This document shows, piece after piece, positions 48,435 to 57,832 of a stretch of 64,000 bases of DNA. The stretch is taken from IMG/VR virus record IMGVR_UViG_3300022198_002714, positions 25,753-89,752 of that record; one strand, written 5' to 3'. The position numbers and the translations under genes were made by a program. Below the pieces are notes generated by a model. It was not told where the DNA came from. It searched no databases and saw only the letters and a list, made by a program, of their open reading frames with translations. Within the stretch, counting starts at the first letter, position 1, and each line of letters starts with the position of its first letter. This stretch comes from a virus.

Positions 48435-48745
48435 ACACCGAACAACACGACAGAAGGCGAGCGAAAGTAGGACTGTGCAGGGGCCGACACTCCATGCCCG
48501 GTATCGAACTGTACGTCTATCCGCAGGTGGTGGAGAACCCGCTTGACTTTGATGACCTTGAACATGAGGCTTACCTTTTCCTCATGGAAGTCATTGCCCG
48601 TGGTTACACCCATGTCGAACTGTACGTCACGGGTCTAACCATGTGCCTCACTTCCTTCCTGAAGATGGCGGCAGGCAACATGCAAGTCACGCTCATGCAT
48701 TGGGACAGGGACACGGAAACGTACGTGCCGCAGGAGTGGAACTGA
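48431..48745 (+). CDS. Conserved phage-type small alpha/beta protein
   Basis: GLCRGRH...LYVTGLT...LMHWDRDTETY pattern. Confidence 0.7.
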   Translation: MNTEQHDRRRAKVGLCRGRHSMPGIELYVYPQVVENPLDFDDLEHEAYLFLMEVIARGYTHVELYVTGLTMCLTSFLKMAAGNMQVTLMHWDRDTETYVPQEWN

Positions 48746-48751
48746 GGATTT

Positions 48752-48781
48752 CAATTGGAAGTATATAACCAACCAAAGGAA
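48752..48781 (+). promoter_or_regulatory. Early promoter motif, copy 5
   Basis: CAATTGGAAGTATATAACCAACCAAAGGAA. Confidence 0.8.
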
Positions 48782-48797
48782 AAGGAAGTGAACGAAG

Positions 48798-51206
48798 ATG
48801 ACTGAACAAGAAGGTGAATACATGAACGCAGATGAACAAACGAAACCCGCAGGCTCGCAGAAGGCCGATGCTTTGGAGAAGTACAGTAAAGCGTTGGATT
48901 TGGGTTTGGTGCATGACAATTGGCGTACACTCAAGGTGCATCGCTTCGACCTCATCCCTCCGGGTGAGCCTGTCACGGCGGAAGCGATTTACGATGTGTT
49001 GGAGCGAGCGCGTGAGTTCTCTCCAATGGAAGCGCGAGAGGACCGGCCCTTGTTCATCCGTGCCTGCCCACTCAACCCACGCCCCGGTGTGCTTGAGTCA
49101 TCAGCAGCATACGATGACGATAAGCGTGATGAAATCTTCATGCGTATTGTCAACACGATGCTCTCCAAGGAAAACTCGGCCACACCCATGTACGACCACG
49201 GCTACGTGGACCCGCACGGTAGCATCATCGTGCAGCGGTACGTTGAGGCTAATGCATCTTGCGTTGCAGCCCCCGGCTCGTACATCATCATGGGACCGGA
49301 CAATGATGGGGTCACGGCAGGCAAGGCCGGACTCAAGATTGCTATTCCACACACCCTTAGCGACACTCGCACCACCGCCAACCTACATGCGGTGGGCATC
49401 AAACCTGAGAACATTGAGTTGGAGTTTGTTTCTATGCTCAATCTTCCTAACACCGATAGCCTTGATGAAGCCGTACACTCATCGCATTCGATTTCCCACA
49501 GACACTACCTTGTGCAGTTGCGGGGTTCTTCAGGCCATGCTGCACTCACACCCCCACCTTCGGGCGTGACAATCAATGGCATTATCCCCTCCGGTACAAT
49601 CGAAGTCAAGCACGTTCATTACGTACACAACGAGGGTGACGACGAACTCTCTCGCATGGAAGCAGCACTTCACGCAGGCTTGCCTGATGGAGCGGTGGTC
49701 GTACACCCCACGGGTACTCACCTTTCGCACCACGCAGGACAATGCCGAAAGTACGGTGTGCCGTACATCGTGTCTGACACCGTACAGGTTGGTAGCACGT
49801 GGGTTGAAGTCGCCCCCGGATGGGTGATTGATGACCCCTCGTTTGAACCACAACCATACAACCCGTACGAGTACCTTGACTCATTCGCCGCCGGTCTTTC
49901 AACCGGCATCTTCCGCTACGCTCGACAGTACGGTTGGCTCTCTAACCACTTCCATCAGTTCATTGGTGGCCCACTCATGGCTCCTGATGAAACCGCATAC
50001 TTCGCAGGTGTGTACGTTGGATGGGTACTCAACAGTACCCTCGCAGTTGCCCTCGGTGAGATGCGTCACGCACCCGGTCGCAAGAACAACCTCTTGCCTT
50101 CCACCTATCCCCTGATTGATGCTATGTACGATGGTGCATGGGAGAAGGGACAAGCGACGGGTGAACGGCAGCACTACTACATTGCCGTTGAGAAGAAGCC
50201 TCTCACCATTGGCAGCATCACGGCCATGCTTGACTACCTCGCTGATGCATACAACACAGGTTGGCAGGGTGGTGGCTACGGCGGTAAGGCATACGGCCTA
50301 TCATGTGAGAAGACGGCTACGCTCAGCCGTGCAATTCAGAAGTTCGTTGGCTCCTTCTCGGAGGAAGACTTGCTCGCCGTGATTGATGCAGCCAACGCTG
50401 CTGAACACAACGTCCACAACAACGGCTACTTCTTCAACAAGTTCATGTCGAACTCCGCTCTTGATTGGGGTACTGACCCAAAGAAAATCCGCATGGAGCC
50501 AAGCACCTTTTTCCTTGTGTACTACGCAGCAACTCATGCATGGCAGTACCGTGATGCAGGATTCCCCGGTGCTGAGGACAAGACCGAACTGATTCAGTAC
50601 GTCAGCAAGTTGACGCCGACCATGCTCCGCAAGGAACCACTCTTCATGCGGAGTGACCTACCTGCTGAACTTGATGCGGTGCGTGAACGTACTTTGAACA
50701 AGATGTACTACGTTCACTCAGGTATGTACGGTAGCCCCGACAACGACAAGTTCATTCCGTGTGGACTGAAGGGTTGTGACACCTGTGTTCAAGCCATTGA
50801 AGCGATTGAACAATTGGCTTTCTCAAGCGCAGGCATGTGGCTCGGTGTCGCTGAAGTGGACACAGACATGCTTGACCTGTCTTACCCAACAGCATATGAA
50901 GACGTTGAGGAAGTCACCAACAAGTACCCCCATGAATGGGGTGAGAAGATGGTGCAACTGAAGATGTTCAGCAAGGATATGCATTCCTATGAAACGGTTG
51001 CTGAATTAGAAGAGGCAATTGCCCTTGGCTATTACATCAGCCAAGTAGCAAACGATGATGCCGCGCTACACTCAGCAGCGGTCAAGGCCGTGAGCAACGC
51101 TGAGTATGCCATCAACAATGCGGCGTTCTGCTCGCACATCAAGCCTGTGTACAACAAGCATACCACGCTTGCCTTCTTCCTTGCGATGAAGGAGCATTAC
51201 GCCTGA
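48798..51206 (+). CDS. PPDK/PEP-synthase-like phosphotransferase (ATP-grasp-like N-terminus, phospho-His swivel domain, unknown C-terminal domain)
   Basis: TGTHLSHHAGQCRKYGVPYIV matches the swivel motif GxxSHAAxxARxxGIP; PLFIRACP...RPGVLES and SIIVQRYV resemble PPDK_N. Confidence 0.65.
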   Translation: MTEQEGEYMNADEQTKPAGSQKADALEKYSKALDLGLVHDNWRTLKVHRFDLIPPGEPVTAEAIYDVLERAREFSPMEAREDRPLFIRACPLNPRPGVLESSAAYDDDKRDEIFMRIVNTMLSKENSATPMYDHGYVDPHGSIIVQRYVEANASCVAAPGSYIIMGPDNDGVTAGKAGLKIAIPHTLSDTRTTANLHAVGIKPENIELEFVSMLNLPNTDSLDEAVHSSHSISHRHYLVQLRGSSGHAALTPPPSGVTINGIIPSGTIEVKHVHYVHNEGDDELSRMEAALHAGLPDGAVVVHPTGTHLSHHAGQCRKYGVPYIVSDTVQVGSTWVEVAPGWVIDDPSFEPQPYNPYEYLDSFAAGLSTGIFRYARQYGWLSNHFHQFIGGPLMAPDETAYFAGVYVGWVLNSTLAVALGEMRHAPGRKNNLLPSTYPLIDAMYDGAWEKGQATGERQHYYIAVEKKPLTIGSITAMLDYLADAYNTGWQGGGYGGKAYGLSCEKTATLSRAIQKFVGSFSEEDLLAVIDAANAAEHNVHNNGYFFNKFMSNSALDWGTDPKKIRMEPSTFFLVYYAATHAWQYRDAGFPGAEDKTELIQYVSKLTPTMLRKEPLFMRSDLPAELDAVRERTLNKMYYVHSGMYGSPDNDKFIPCGLKGCDTCVQAIEAIEQLAFSSAGMWLGVAEVDTDMLDLSYPTAYEDVEEVTNKYPHEWGEKMVQLKMFSKDMHSYETVAELEEAIALGYYISQVANDDAALHSAAVKAVSNAEYAINNAAFCSHIKPVYNKHTTLAFFLAMKEHYA

Positions 51207-51241
51207 GCGGGACATGAAAGAAAATAAATGGAGATGATGAT

Positions 51242-52465
51242 ATGGGAAAGAACTACACGAAATACACGTACACAACAAGTGAATGCCACACCGGACAAAA
51301 TGCGGTGTTTGAAATTGGCAAGGCAGGTGACGCCGAGCATTACATTCTGTATGCAGGTGGTCGCAACCGCAGCGGCGGTTGGTGGAAGCAGCCCCTCGCA
51401 GAACTTGCGATGGGACCGAGCGAAACCATGACGCCGACCTTCGGCAAGGCACTCGGTAACGATGCGACAACTGTACCCGATGGCTTCACCTGTGCGCAGC
51501 ACATTCCTGTGTACGAGCCTCCACTCATTGTGTCACTTGACTTCCCCGACTTCGGTGTGCCTACTGTACCCAAGGAGTTTTGGTACGCCCTTGCTGACGA
51601 CATTCGTTCACACAAGATTACCCACATTTCAATGCAATGTGCAGGTGGTCACGGTCGTACCGGAGTGCAACTGTGTATCATGCTTTGCCTCCTTGCACCC
51701 GCAAGTGCAGCCAAGATGGACACGGCAATGGACGTACTCAAGTACGTGCGTGATACCTACTGTGACCATGCTATCGAAACGCTTGCTCAGTTGGAGTATG
51801 TTGCTAATGTGATTGACAAGCCCGTTGGTGAGGGCTTCAGTTCCCACAAGTCAACGGGTGCTTGGAACGGTGGTGGTGCTTCGGGAAAAGCGCATGGTGG
51901 CAGCAGTAAGACCACCTTTGAACCATTGACCGACCCGTGCAAGTGCAAGAAGCCAACGCGAGCGGTGGACCATGCCGGTATCGCTTACTGCAAGAATTGT
52001 CAGCGTGACATTGTGGAACTTACTCCCAAGGACCATTGGGAGAATGAGGACCGCAAGGCAAAGAGGCCAAGTGAAGCGAAGAAGGAGAGCAAGAAGGAAT
52101 GGGTCTGTCCGTGCTGCAAAGTGGTGTGCGCTGAACACGCCATCACCGTTACCAAGCCATGCCCCGTATGTTCCTATGTACCACCGACTTCAGCCCTGCT
52201 CAACAAGACACAGGAGTGTGCCGAGTGTGGCTTGGACGTTCCGCTTATTGAGTTCATTGACGATGATGACGTGTGCATTCAATGCATGGGTCGCTACGAA
52301 CAACACATCAATGTGAAGTGTGTACCCCACGGTGACATTGAGGTTGCTTGTGGAGTCTGCAACGTCATGTACCCAATTGATTGCATCCACGGATATAGCA
52401 TGACGGCTGACAGGTTGAACACGCCTGAGTGCTTTGTGTGTTGGAAAAAGAACGGTGACAACTGA
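51242..52465 (+). CDS. Dual-specificity/PTP-like phosphatase with Cys-rich C-terminus
   Basis: FPDFGVP (WPD-like loop), QCAGGHGRTG (CX5R), AIETLAQ; multiple CxxC. Confidence 0.85.
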   Translation: MGKNYTKYTYTTSECHTGQNAVFEIGKAGDAEHYILYAGGRNRSGGWWKQPLAELAMGPSETMTPTFGKALGNDATTVPDGFTCAQHIPVYEPPLIVSLDFPDFGVPTVPKEFWYALADDIRSHKITHISMQCAGGHGRTGVQLCIMLCLLAPASAAKMDTAMDVLKYVRDTYCDHAIETLAQLEYVANVIDKPVGEGFSSHKSTGAWNGGGASGKAHGGSSKTTFEPLTDPCKCKKPTRAVDHAGIAYCKNCQRDIVELTPKDHWENEDRKAKRPSEAKKESKKEWVCPCCKVVCAEHAITVTKPCPVCSYVPPTSALLNKTQECAECGLDVPLIEFIDDDDVCIQCMGRYEQHINVKCVPHGDIEVACGVCNVMYPIDCIHGYSMTADRLNTPECFVCWKKNGDN

Positions 52466-52490
52466 GGAAGTATATAACCAAAGAAAGGAA
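52466..52490 (+). promoter_or_regulatory. Early promoter motif, copy 6
   Basis: GGAAGTATATAACCAAAGAAAGGAA. Confidence 0.75.
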
Positions 52491-52510
52491 AAGAGAATGA
52501 AGGTGAGAGA

Positions 52511-53854
52511 ATGGACAACAGACAAGTGTATTACACAGGTTACAGAAGCGCAGCGACGTGGGCAGAACTTGGACTGATTGGTGACAGCCTATCGTTCACA
52601 GACGATGAGGTTATCACGGCAGTTGGCATTGGCTACACGAAAGACCAAGTGGACAACCGTACGGCGATGGAAGCCGCGCTTCAGTTCACGTTGCTGAATG
52701 CAGGACAGGAGAAGTCGCTGTCCCGCGATGACATGCTGAACGACCATACCATCCTTGCATACTACATTGAGCAGGGTATCGTCCACGATGGGTGGATGCC
52801 TAAGTTCGATGAAGAGGGAATGCAAACGGCATCCGAGCGGGCGTGGGTGTACCGAGCCGACATGGAGCCACGGCACACCAACCGCATTTCAAGTTACGGC
52901 GATTACCTTATGCCGCAGGTAAGCAAGACCGGAAAGTACCAAGTCAAGAACACGGACCCCACCAAGACGTACCATTGCTACGACACATGGACGCATAAGA
53001 TGCACAGGTTCCTCACGGCTGACGACAACGCATACGAGGGTACGACAGTCATGGACTTCATGTCCACACGCCGAGACTTGATTCACAATGCCGATGTGAA
53101 GGCCGTACTCTCCTGCATCAGCCGAGTGCTGACCCGTCTTATCCAAGGTGGGCGTGTTGTCAAGGACGGCAACGGTCGAGGACGTACGTTCCGTTGGGAC
53201 AATTGGTCTTGGGTTGACGAGATTCGACAACAGAAAACTGTGAGCAACACCAAGGCTCGTAAGTTGGGCGACGTGGTGAACGGATGGGAGTATGTGGTGA
53301 AGTCCACCAAAGAACATTACGGTGTGAAGATTCACACATACGAATGGTTGGCGGTCAACCGTGATAACCTGAAGTTCTTCGGTGTACACAAGGACGCCTC
53401 ACTAAGTAGGCTCAACCAAGAACAACATTGGAACTATGCTATGGCGGGTTACGATAGTTACAGGAATAGGTTCATTTACGCATACAATTACGAAGACATT
53501 GCCCGTGATGTTGAAGCCTTCAACTCATACTTTGAGTCCATGAGGATTGAAGTCCCTCCTGTCTTTGGGCGTGAATGTAATGTTCGCCTTTCACTCAACG
53601 GTGTGCTTGGCGATAACATTCCTGTTGATACGAGCGAGATTTCCCTCCCCCACCTCACCATTCAATCATGGCCGTGGAACTTCTCCCTCCCACAAGACGC
53701 GGTAGTTGAAGAGATTCCATCGCCCGAAGAAATGATTCAGCGCATCGCTACTCAACGCACGGACATGGTGCGTGATTACACAAAGTCCGTGGGGATGTTC
53801 ATGAACAAGATTCCATCGGTGCGCGTCTTCGCTGAAGGAGGGGACCGGCAATGA
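52511..53854 (+). CDS. Hypothetical protein (447 aa)
   Basis: Long ORF after promoter with AGGTGA RBS. Confidence 0.75.
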   Translation: MDNRQVYYTGYRSAATWAELGLIGDSLSFTDDEVITAVGIGYTKDQVDNRTAMEAALQFTLLNAGQEKSLSRDDMLNDHTILAYYIEQGIVHDGWMPKFDEEGMQTASERAWVYRADMEPRHTNRISSYGDYLMPQVSKTGKYQVKNTDPTKTYHCYDTWTHKMHRFLTADDNAYEGTTVMDFMSTRRDLIHNADVKAVLSCISRVLTRLIQGGRVVKDGNGRGRTFRWDNWSWVDEIRQQKTVSNTKARKLGDVVNGWEYVVKSTKEHYGVKIHTYEWLAVNRDNLKFFGVHKDASLSRLNQEQHWNYAMAGYDSYRNRFIYAYNYEDIARDVEAFNSYFESMRIEVPPVFGRECNVRLSLNGVLGDNIPVDTSEISLPHLTIQSWPWNFSLPQDAVVEEIPSPEEMIQRIATQRTDMVRDYTKSVGMFMNKIPSVRVFAEGGDRQ

Positions 53855-54096
53855 AGCGGTTGACCGTGGCGCAGAACATGTACGTTGACGTTGAACATGT
53901 TGTGGACAACACATATCAGGTGATGAATGTACACCGTGTAGTTGGCGTCAACGTGGGCGACCTTGTGTACTCCACCACCCGTGGGTGGATAGTAACACGT
54001 GTGGGTCAAGCCGGACCCGTGACCGTGCTACCCTCGCGTACGAAAGAAAGCGATTCCAATTGGAAGTATATAACCAATGAAAGGGAAGAGGAATGA
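53851..54096 (+). CDS. Hypothetical protein
   Basis: Coupled. Confidence 0.55.
   Translation: MKRLTVAQNMYVDVEHVVDNTYQVMNVHRVVGVNVGDLVYSTTRGWIVTRVGQAGPVTVLPSRTKESDSNWKYITNEREEE
54056..54085 (+). promoter_or_regulatory. Early promoter motif, copy 7
   Basis: CCAATTGGAAGTATATAACCAATGAAAGGG. Confidence 0.8.
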
Positions 54097-54596
54097 AAGG
54101 AAGTGAGCAAATGAATGCAGACATACACATGAAAGAACAGATGGATGAAGACGGATATGCTTCGTGGCTTAGTCATCGCAAGATGAGCGGCGAAGAAGCG
54201 GTAGTGCAACTGCGTATCAACGCAGGTGGTGTACTGCACGTGCAGGTGTACCACCCCGAAACGGTATTCAACCGACCCTACGGTTTTGCTGAGAAGTACG
54301 TCGTGCCATCCCACGTCATTGATTGGCTTGCTACGCATGAGGGTGAGTACCAATCCTTCGCAAGTGGTGAGAAGGTGTACATTCGTCCGAAGGTGCGCCT
54401 GACTTCATACGAAGATGGTGTACAGATTTCGATTGGCGACACCGATGGTGAAGTCAACAAGGCAGGTGCAGCAGGTTTCATTCTTGACGTGGATTCATCC
54501 AAGGAAAAGAACGGCCAACTGATTGACGCGCTTACTATGTCCGGCTTGTGTGATGATGCCGAGGGTAGCCGATGGATGCCGGAGGTGAGCGAGTGA
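54093..54596 (+). CDS. Hypothetical protein
   Basis: Follows promoter; start 54093 or 54111. Confidence 0.65.
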   Translation: MKGSEQMNADIHMKEQMDEDGYASWLSHRKMSGEEAVVQLRINAGGVLHVQVYHPETVFNRPYGFAEKYVVPSHVIDWLATHEGEYQSFASGEKVYIRPKVRLTSYEDGVQISIGDTDGEVNKAGAAGFILDVDSSKEKNGQLIDALTMSGLCDDAEGSRWMPEVSE

Positions 54597-55183
54597 GCGG
54601 ATTCATGGAACAGTTGCAGTTACTTCACGATGAAGTGAAGGGTCGTCATAACCTGACGGACTTGGGTGAGGGAGGGAGCAAACTCGCTTCTATGGCCGTT
54701 GACCTGTACATCGGTCATCGTACTCTCATGCAGCGCATGATGAAGGATGCACACGTACATGCTGCGTTCTCGTTTGCCGCTGCCGTGGAGTACCAACCGT
54801 TGATGGCACACATGATTCTCAGCGAGTTCGCTAACGTGTACAACGTCCCTGTGTCGTGGATGATTGCCTTGCCTCATCGCATTGCCATTGACCCTGCATT
54901 TTCATACGTTGAGTTCCTCGATGAAGACTTGACGAAGGCATGCTTTGAGAAGGATGGCTCCGCTACTGAGATGTTGTACGCAGCCTACCTTGACGGGAAG
55001 GCAGACGGACGGGTTGACACAGACGAAGAGTTCCTGTTCTCACGCAGCGAGGGTGCTGAGATTTTCAGCAAAATGAATGCCGACATGCTCGTCTCTTATG
55101 CGAGCGGTCAGGAGATGACTCCTGAAGAATGGGTGTCGCACACCTTCGGTGATGGGAAAGAGGATTGGTCCTTTCCCGCGTGA
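54593..55183 (+). CDS. Hypothetical protein
   Basis: GTG start coupled to the upstream stop after GGAGGTGA. Confidence 0.65.
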   Translation: MSGFMEQLQLLHDEVKGRHNLTDLGEGGSKLASMAVDLYIGHRTLMQRMMKDAHVHAAFSFAAAVEYQPLMAHMILSEFANVYNVPVSWMIALPHRIAIDPAFSYVEFLDEDLTKACFEKDGSATEMLYAAYLDGKADGRVDTDEEFLFSRSEGAEIFSKMNADMLVSYASGQEMTPEEWVSHTFGDGKEDWSFPA

Positions 55184-55216
55184 GTCTGATGAGAAGATGA
55201 TAGTCCCCAAGGAGGA

Positions 55217-55816
55217 ATGAAGATGAGCAAGACGTGGAAGAAATGGAGCCAAGAAGATGTTGAGTACATCGTCGCCGCAACTCAACGCGGCACGAAGTCT
55301 GCAACGATAGCGAAGAAGTTGGGCCGTAGTCAATCTGCGGTCCTTCAACGTGTCTGCACACTACGCAAGCAGGGTCTTATCACACCTGTACAAAAGCCGG
55401 AGCAGGTCAGCACGACTGATGCTCGGCATGGCAAGCGGTGGTCTGATGAGGAACACAACACGATGGTGCGTCTGTACGAATCAGGATGGTCGTACACCGC
55501 CATCGGTGCTGAAATCGGACGTACACCGAAGGCCGTGATGGACCGACTGAGCAACCTGAAGCAGTTCGCTGATGACGTTGCGCCCGCGCAGCAGTTGGAC
55601 TTCGATGATGTGGTCAACGCCGTGGTTGCTGTACTCAAGCCGAAGATGCTTGAGTACATCAACCGAGCCGTGGAACAGGAAGTGCGCCTTGCTACTCATG
55701 TTGAGGAACCGGAGGCCAAGCCTACCCGTGCCGAGCGACGTGACGAGCGACGTGCTGCGAAGAAGCAGGCCAAGATTGACCGCCTTACGCAGCGCATTCA
55801 GGAGATGAGCGAATGA
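55217..55816 (+). CDS. Tandem HTH (Myb/GcrA-like) DNA-binding protein
   Basis: WSQEDVE...IAKKLGRSQSAV and WSDEEH...IGAEIGRTPKAV. Confidence 0.75.
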   Translation: MKMSKTWKKWSQEDVEYIVAATQRGTKSATIAKKLGRSQSAVLQRVCTLRKQGLITPVQKPEQVSTTDARHGKRWSDEEHNTMVRLYESGWSYTAIGAEIGRTPKAVMDRLSNLKQFADDVAPAQQLDFDDVVNAVVAVLKPKMLEYINRAVEQEVRLATHVEEPEAKPTRAERRDERRAAKKQAKIDRLTQRIQEMSE

Positions 55817-56172
55817 ACACAGAACAATTCGACGGACACACGCCCGGACCTTGGACACTTGAGGAAATGGAGGACGATGAAGGCCAACAATGGTTTGAAG
55901 TCCCTGCCGTTCACTACACTACGAAGCAAAGCGGAGACGGTAGCCAACAGGAATATGCCGACGCACAACTCATCGCCGCCGCACCTGACCTGCTCGCTGC
56001 GCTCATCAAGGAGCGCGAGGAAGTCAAGCGGTTGCGTAAGACAATTGAACGGGCCGTCAGGCATCTTCATCCTGAGGATTTTAACGTCGCCTCCGCCTCC
56101 GAATCAAACGGATTTTTACTTGAAAAAATGTGGGCAGCCACCTGCGCTTTGGAAGGAAAAGAAGATTGGTGA
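55813..56172 (+). CDS. 'HTPGPW...IAAAPDLL' family paralog 1
   Basis: MNTEQFDGHTPGPW...ADAQLIAAAPDLL. Confidence 0.7.
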   Translation: MNTEQFDGHTPGPWTLEEMEDDEGQQWFEVPAVHYTTKQSGDGSQQEYADAQLIAAAPDLLAALIKEREEVKRLRKTIERAVRHLHPEDFNVASASESNGFLLEKMWAATCALEGKEDW

Positions 56173-56176
56173 TTGA

Positions 56177-56542
56177 ATGAACACGAAAATTGTGCAAAAA
56201 TGTGGATGCTACGAGGGCGACTGCGTGGAGATTTTGGGATTGGAAGTCCCGCTCTATGCCTGCTTCACCTGCGGCTATGCGGGTGTTACGCCTTCGGGTG
56301 CTGATAACCCCCACGATGATGAAGTGCATGTGCATGACCTGCTCGCTGAAGTCAAGCGGTTGCGTAAAGCACTTCACATCGAACAACAGATTGTGGAAGC
56401 CTTCTATCAATACAGGATGGAATGCTGCTTCGACCATTGTGAAGCATGGATGGTTGAACAGGGCTACCGAGTCGTCGTCTTGGAGGACGAAGACGACCCC
56501 ACTTCGGGTGTGACCGAATGGGCCTGTGAGGTGGGACAATGA
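56177..56542 (+). CDS. Hypothetical protein sharing the DLLAEVKRLR segment
   Basis: Cys-rich N-terminus plus the shared module. Confidence 0.65.
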   Translation: MNTKIVQKCGCYEGDCVEILGLEVPLYACFTCGYAGVTPSGADNPHDDEVHVHDLLAEVKRLRKALHIEQQIVEAFYQYRMECCFDHCEAWMVEQGYRVVVLEDEDDPTSGVTEWACEVGQ

Positions 56543-56697
56543 ACACAGCCGCACCTGACCTGTTCGATGAAGTGAAGCGGTTGCGACAAATGGTTCGCAA
56601 ACTCTTCGCCAACGTGGACGAGGACTTCGCGTTCAATTGGGCGGTCAAGAACATTAGCGAGCAGGACATGCCGTGGTTCAGGGGTGAGGAAGAATGA
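56539..56697 (+). CDS. 52-aa internally deleted paralog (not in ORF track)
   Basis: MNTAAPDLFDEVKRLR...GEEE; coupled on both sides. Confidence 0.55.
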   Translation: MNTAAPDLFDEVKRLRQMVRKLFANVDEDFAFNWAVKNISEQDMPWFRGEEE

Positions 56698-57131
56698 ACA
56701 CAGAACAATTTGAAGGACACACGCCCGGACCTTGGACGACGAACGACATTGAAGGGCGAGAGATTTGGAAGTGCCTCTTCAATGGGGAGTGTTTCACCGA
56801 CCCCTCCACTTACGGCAGACCGGGCTACGAAGAAGTGCTGATTGCTACGATGGCACCATTACCGCCGGAGGATGACCCCCTCGCAGAAGCAGCGTTCGAG
56901 AGGATGATGGCAGACAAAGAACTGATGGCCGCCGCACCTGACCTGCTCGCTGCATACAAGCGCCTGCTCAAATGCACTATTGATGCTCGCTATGTTTTGA
57001 TGAAGCACTATGGATGGATGAGCATGAACGATTGTACATCAACGGAAGACGACGAAGAGATTGTCGCGGTTGTTCGTGCGATTGAAGAGGCATTGTATGG
57101 TGAGGCTTCGTTTGAAGGTGAAGAAGAATGA
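56694..57131 (+). CDS. 'HTPGPW...MAAAPDLL' family paralog 2
   Basis: 46-bp near-identical 5' end shared with the 55813 gene. Confidence 0.7.
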   Translation: MNTEQFEGHTPGPWTTNDIEGREIWKCLFNGECFTDPSTYGRPGYEEVLIATMAPLPPEDDPLAEAAFERMMADKELMAAAPDLLAAYKRLLKCTIDARYVLMKHYGWMSMNDCTSTEDDEEIVAVVRAIEEALYGEASFEGEEE

Positions 57132-57427
57132 ACAAAGAAGAAGTGACGATTGAACGCATCGCTGAAATGAGGCTTGCTTACATCAAGCACTTGGAGAAGC
57201 AGGTTGCTGACCTGAAGGCACAGGTGGAGAACCTGCTTGAGTTCGGTGAGTACTTCTTGTGCCGTGAGTGTGAACTGCATTCACCGATAGACAAGCCTTG
57301 CGAGTGTTGCCCCCATTGTGGGGAGCATCCGGGCGAGCCTGACCTTGACCGCCTGTGCGGTGAGTGTGGGCGTGAACTCAACGACGCGATTGCCATGCGC
57401 GACGAGATTGCATATGGGAGGCTTTGA
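57128..57427 (+). CDS. Coiled-coil plus Zn-finger protein
   Basis: CREC, CPHC, CGEC. Confidence 0.65.
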   Translation: MNKEEVTIERIAEMRLAYIKHLEKQVADLKAQVENLLEFGEYFLCRECELHSPIDKPCECCPHCGEHPGEPDLDRLCGECGRELNDAIAMRDEIAYGRL

Positions 57428-57541
57428 TATGAGATTCACTATGCGGAACTGCGCGAGGCGCAACTGTAACAACTTCACACTACCGGGCTTCCGGCTTTGC
57501 ATGAGGCCCGACTGTGGAAACAAACAGGGGGAAGAAGAAGA

Positions 57542-57832
57542 ATGAAAGAAACGAATAAGGGAGACGAAGTGTACAGGATTGACTACGCCAAACCAACGTC
57601 GCGGTACAAGCAACGTGGTGCGGTACAGACGGAGTTCTATGATATTCCGACACGCGACGGCAAGACGGTGCGAGCGCAGCGGCTTGTCCCTGTGCGACGT
57701 GTGCCGTTGAAGGAGCGGGCAGCGCAACACAAGGCAAATCACCCGAAGGACGTAGGGGAGAAGGACGTGCGTGAGCGGAAGATGGCTTCTATCAGTCACG
57801 TTAAAATCCCAACGTACCGTGTGGAGGAATGA
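57542..57832 (+). CDS. Small basic hypothetical protein
   Basis: MKETNKGDEVYRIDYAK; coupled to the kinase gene. Confidence 0.6.
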   Translation: MKETNKGDEVYRIDYAKPTSRYKQRGAVQTEFYDIPTRDGKTVRAQRLVPVRRVPLKERAAQHKANHPKDVGEKDVRERKMASISHVKIPTYRVEE

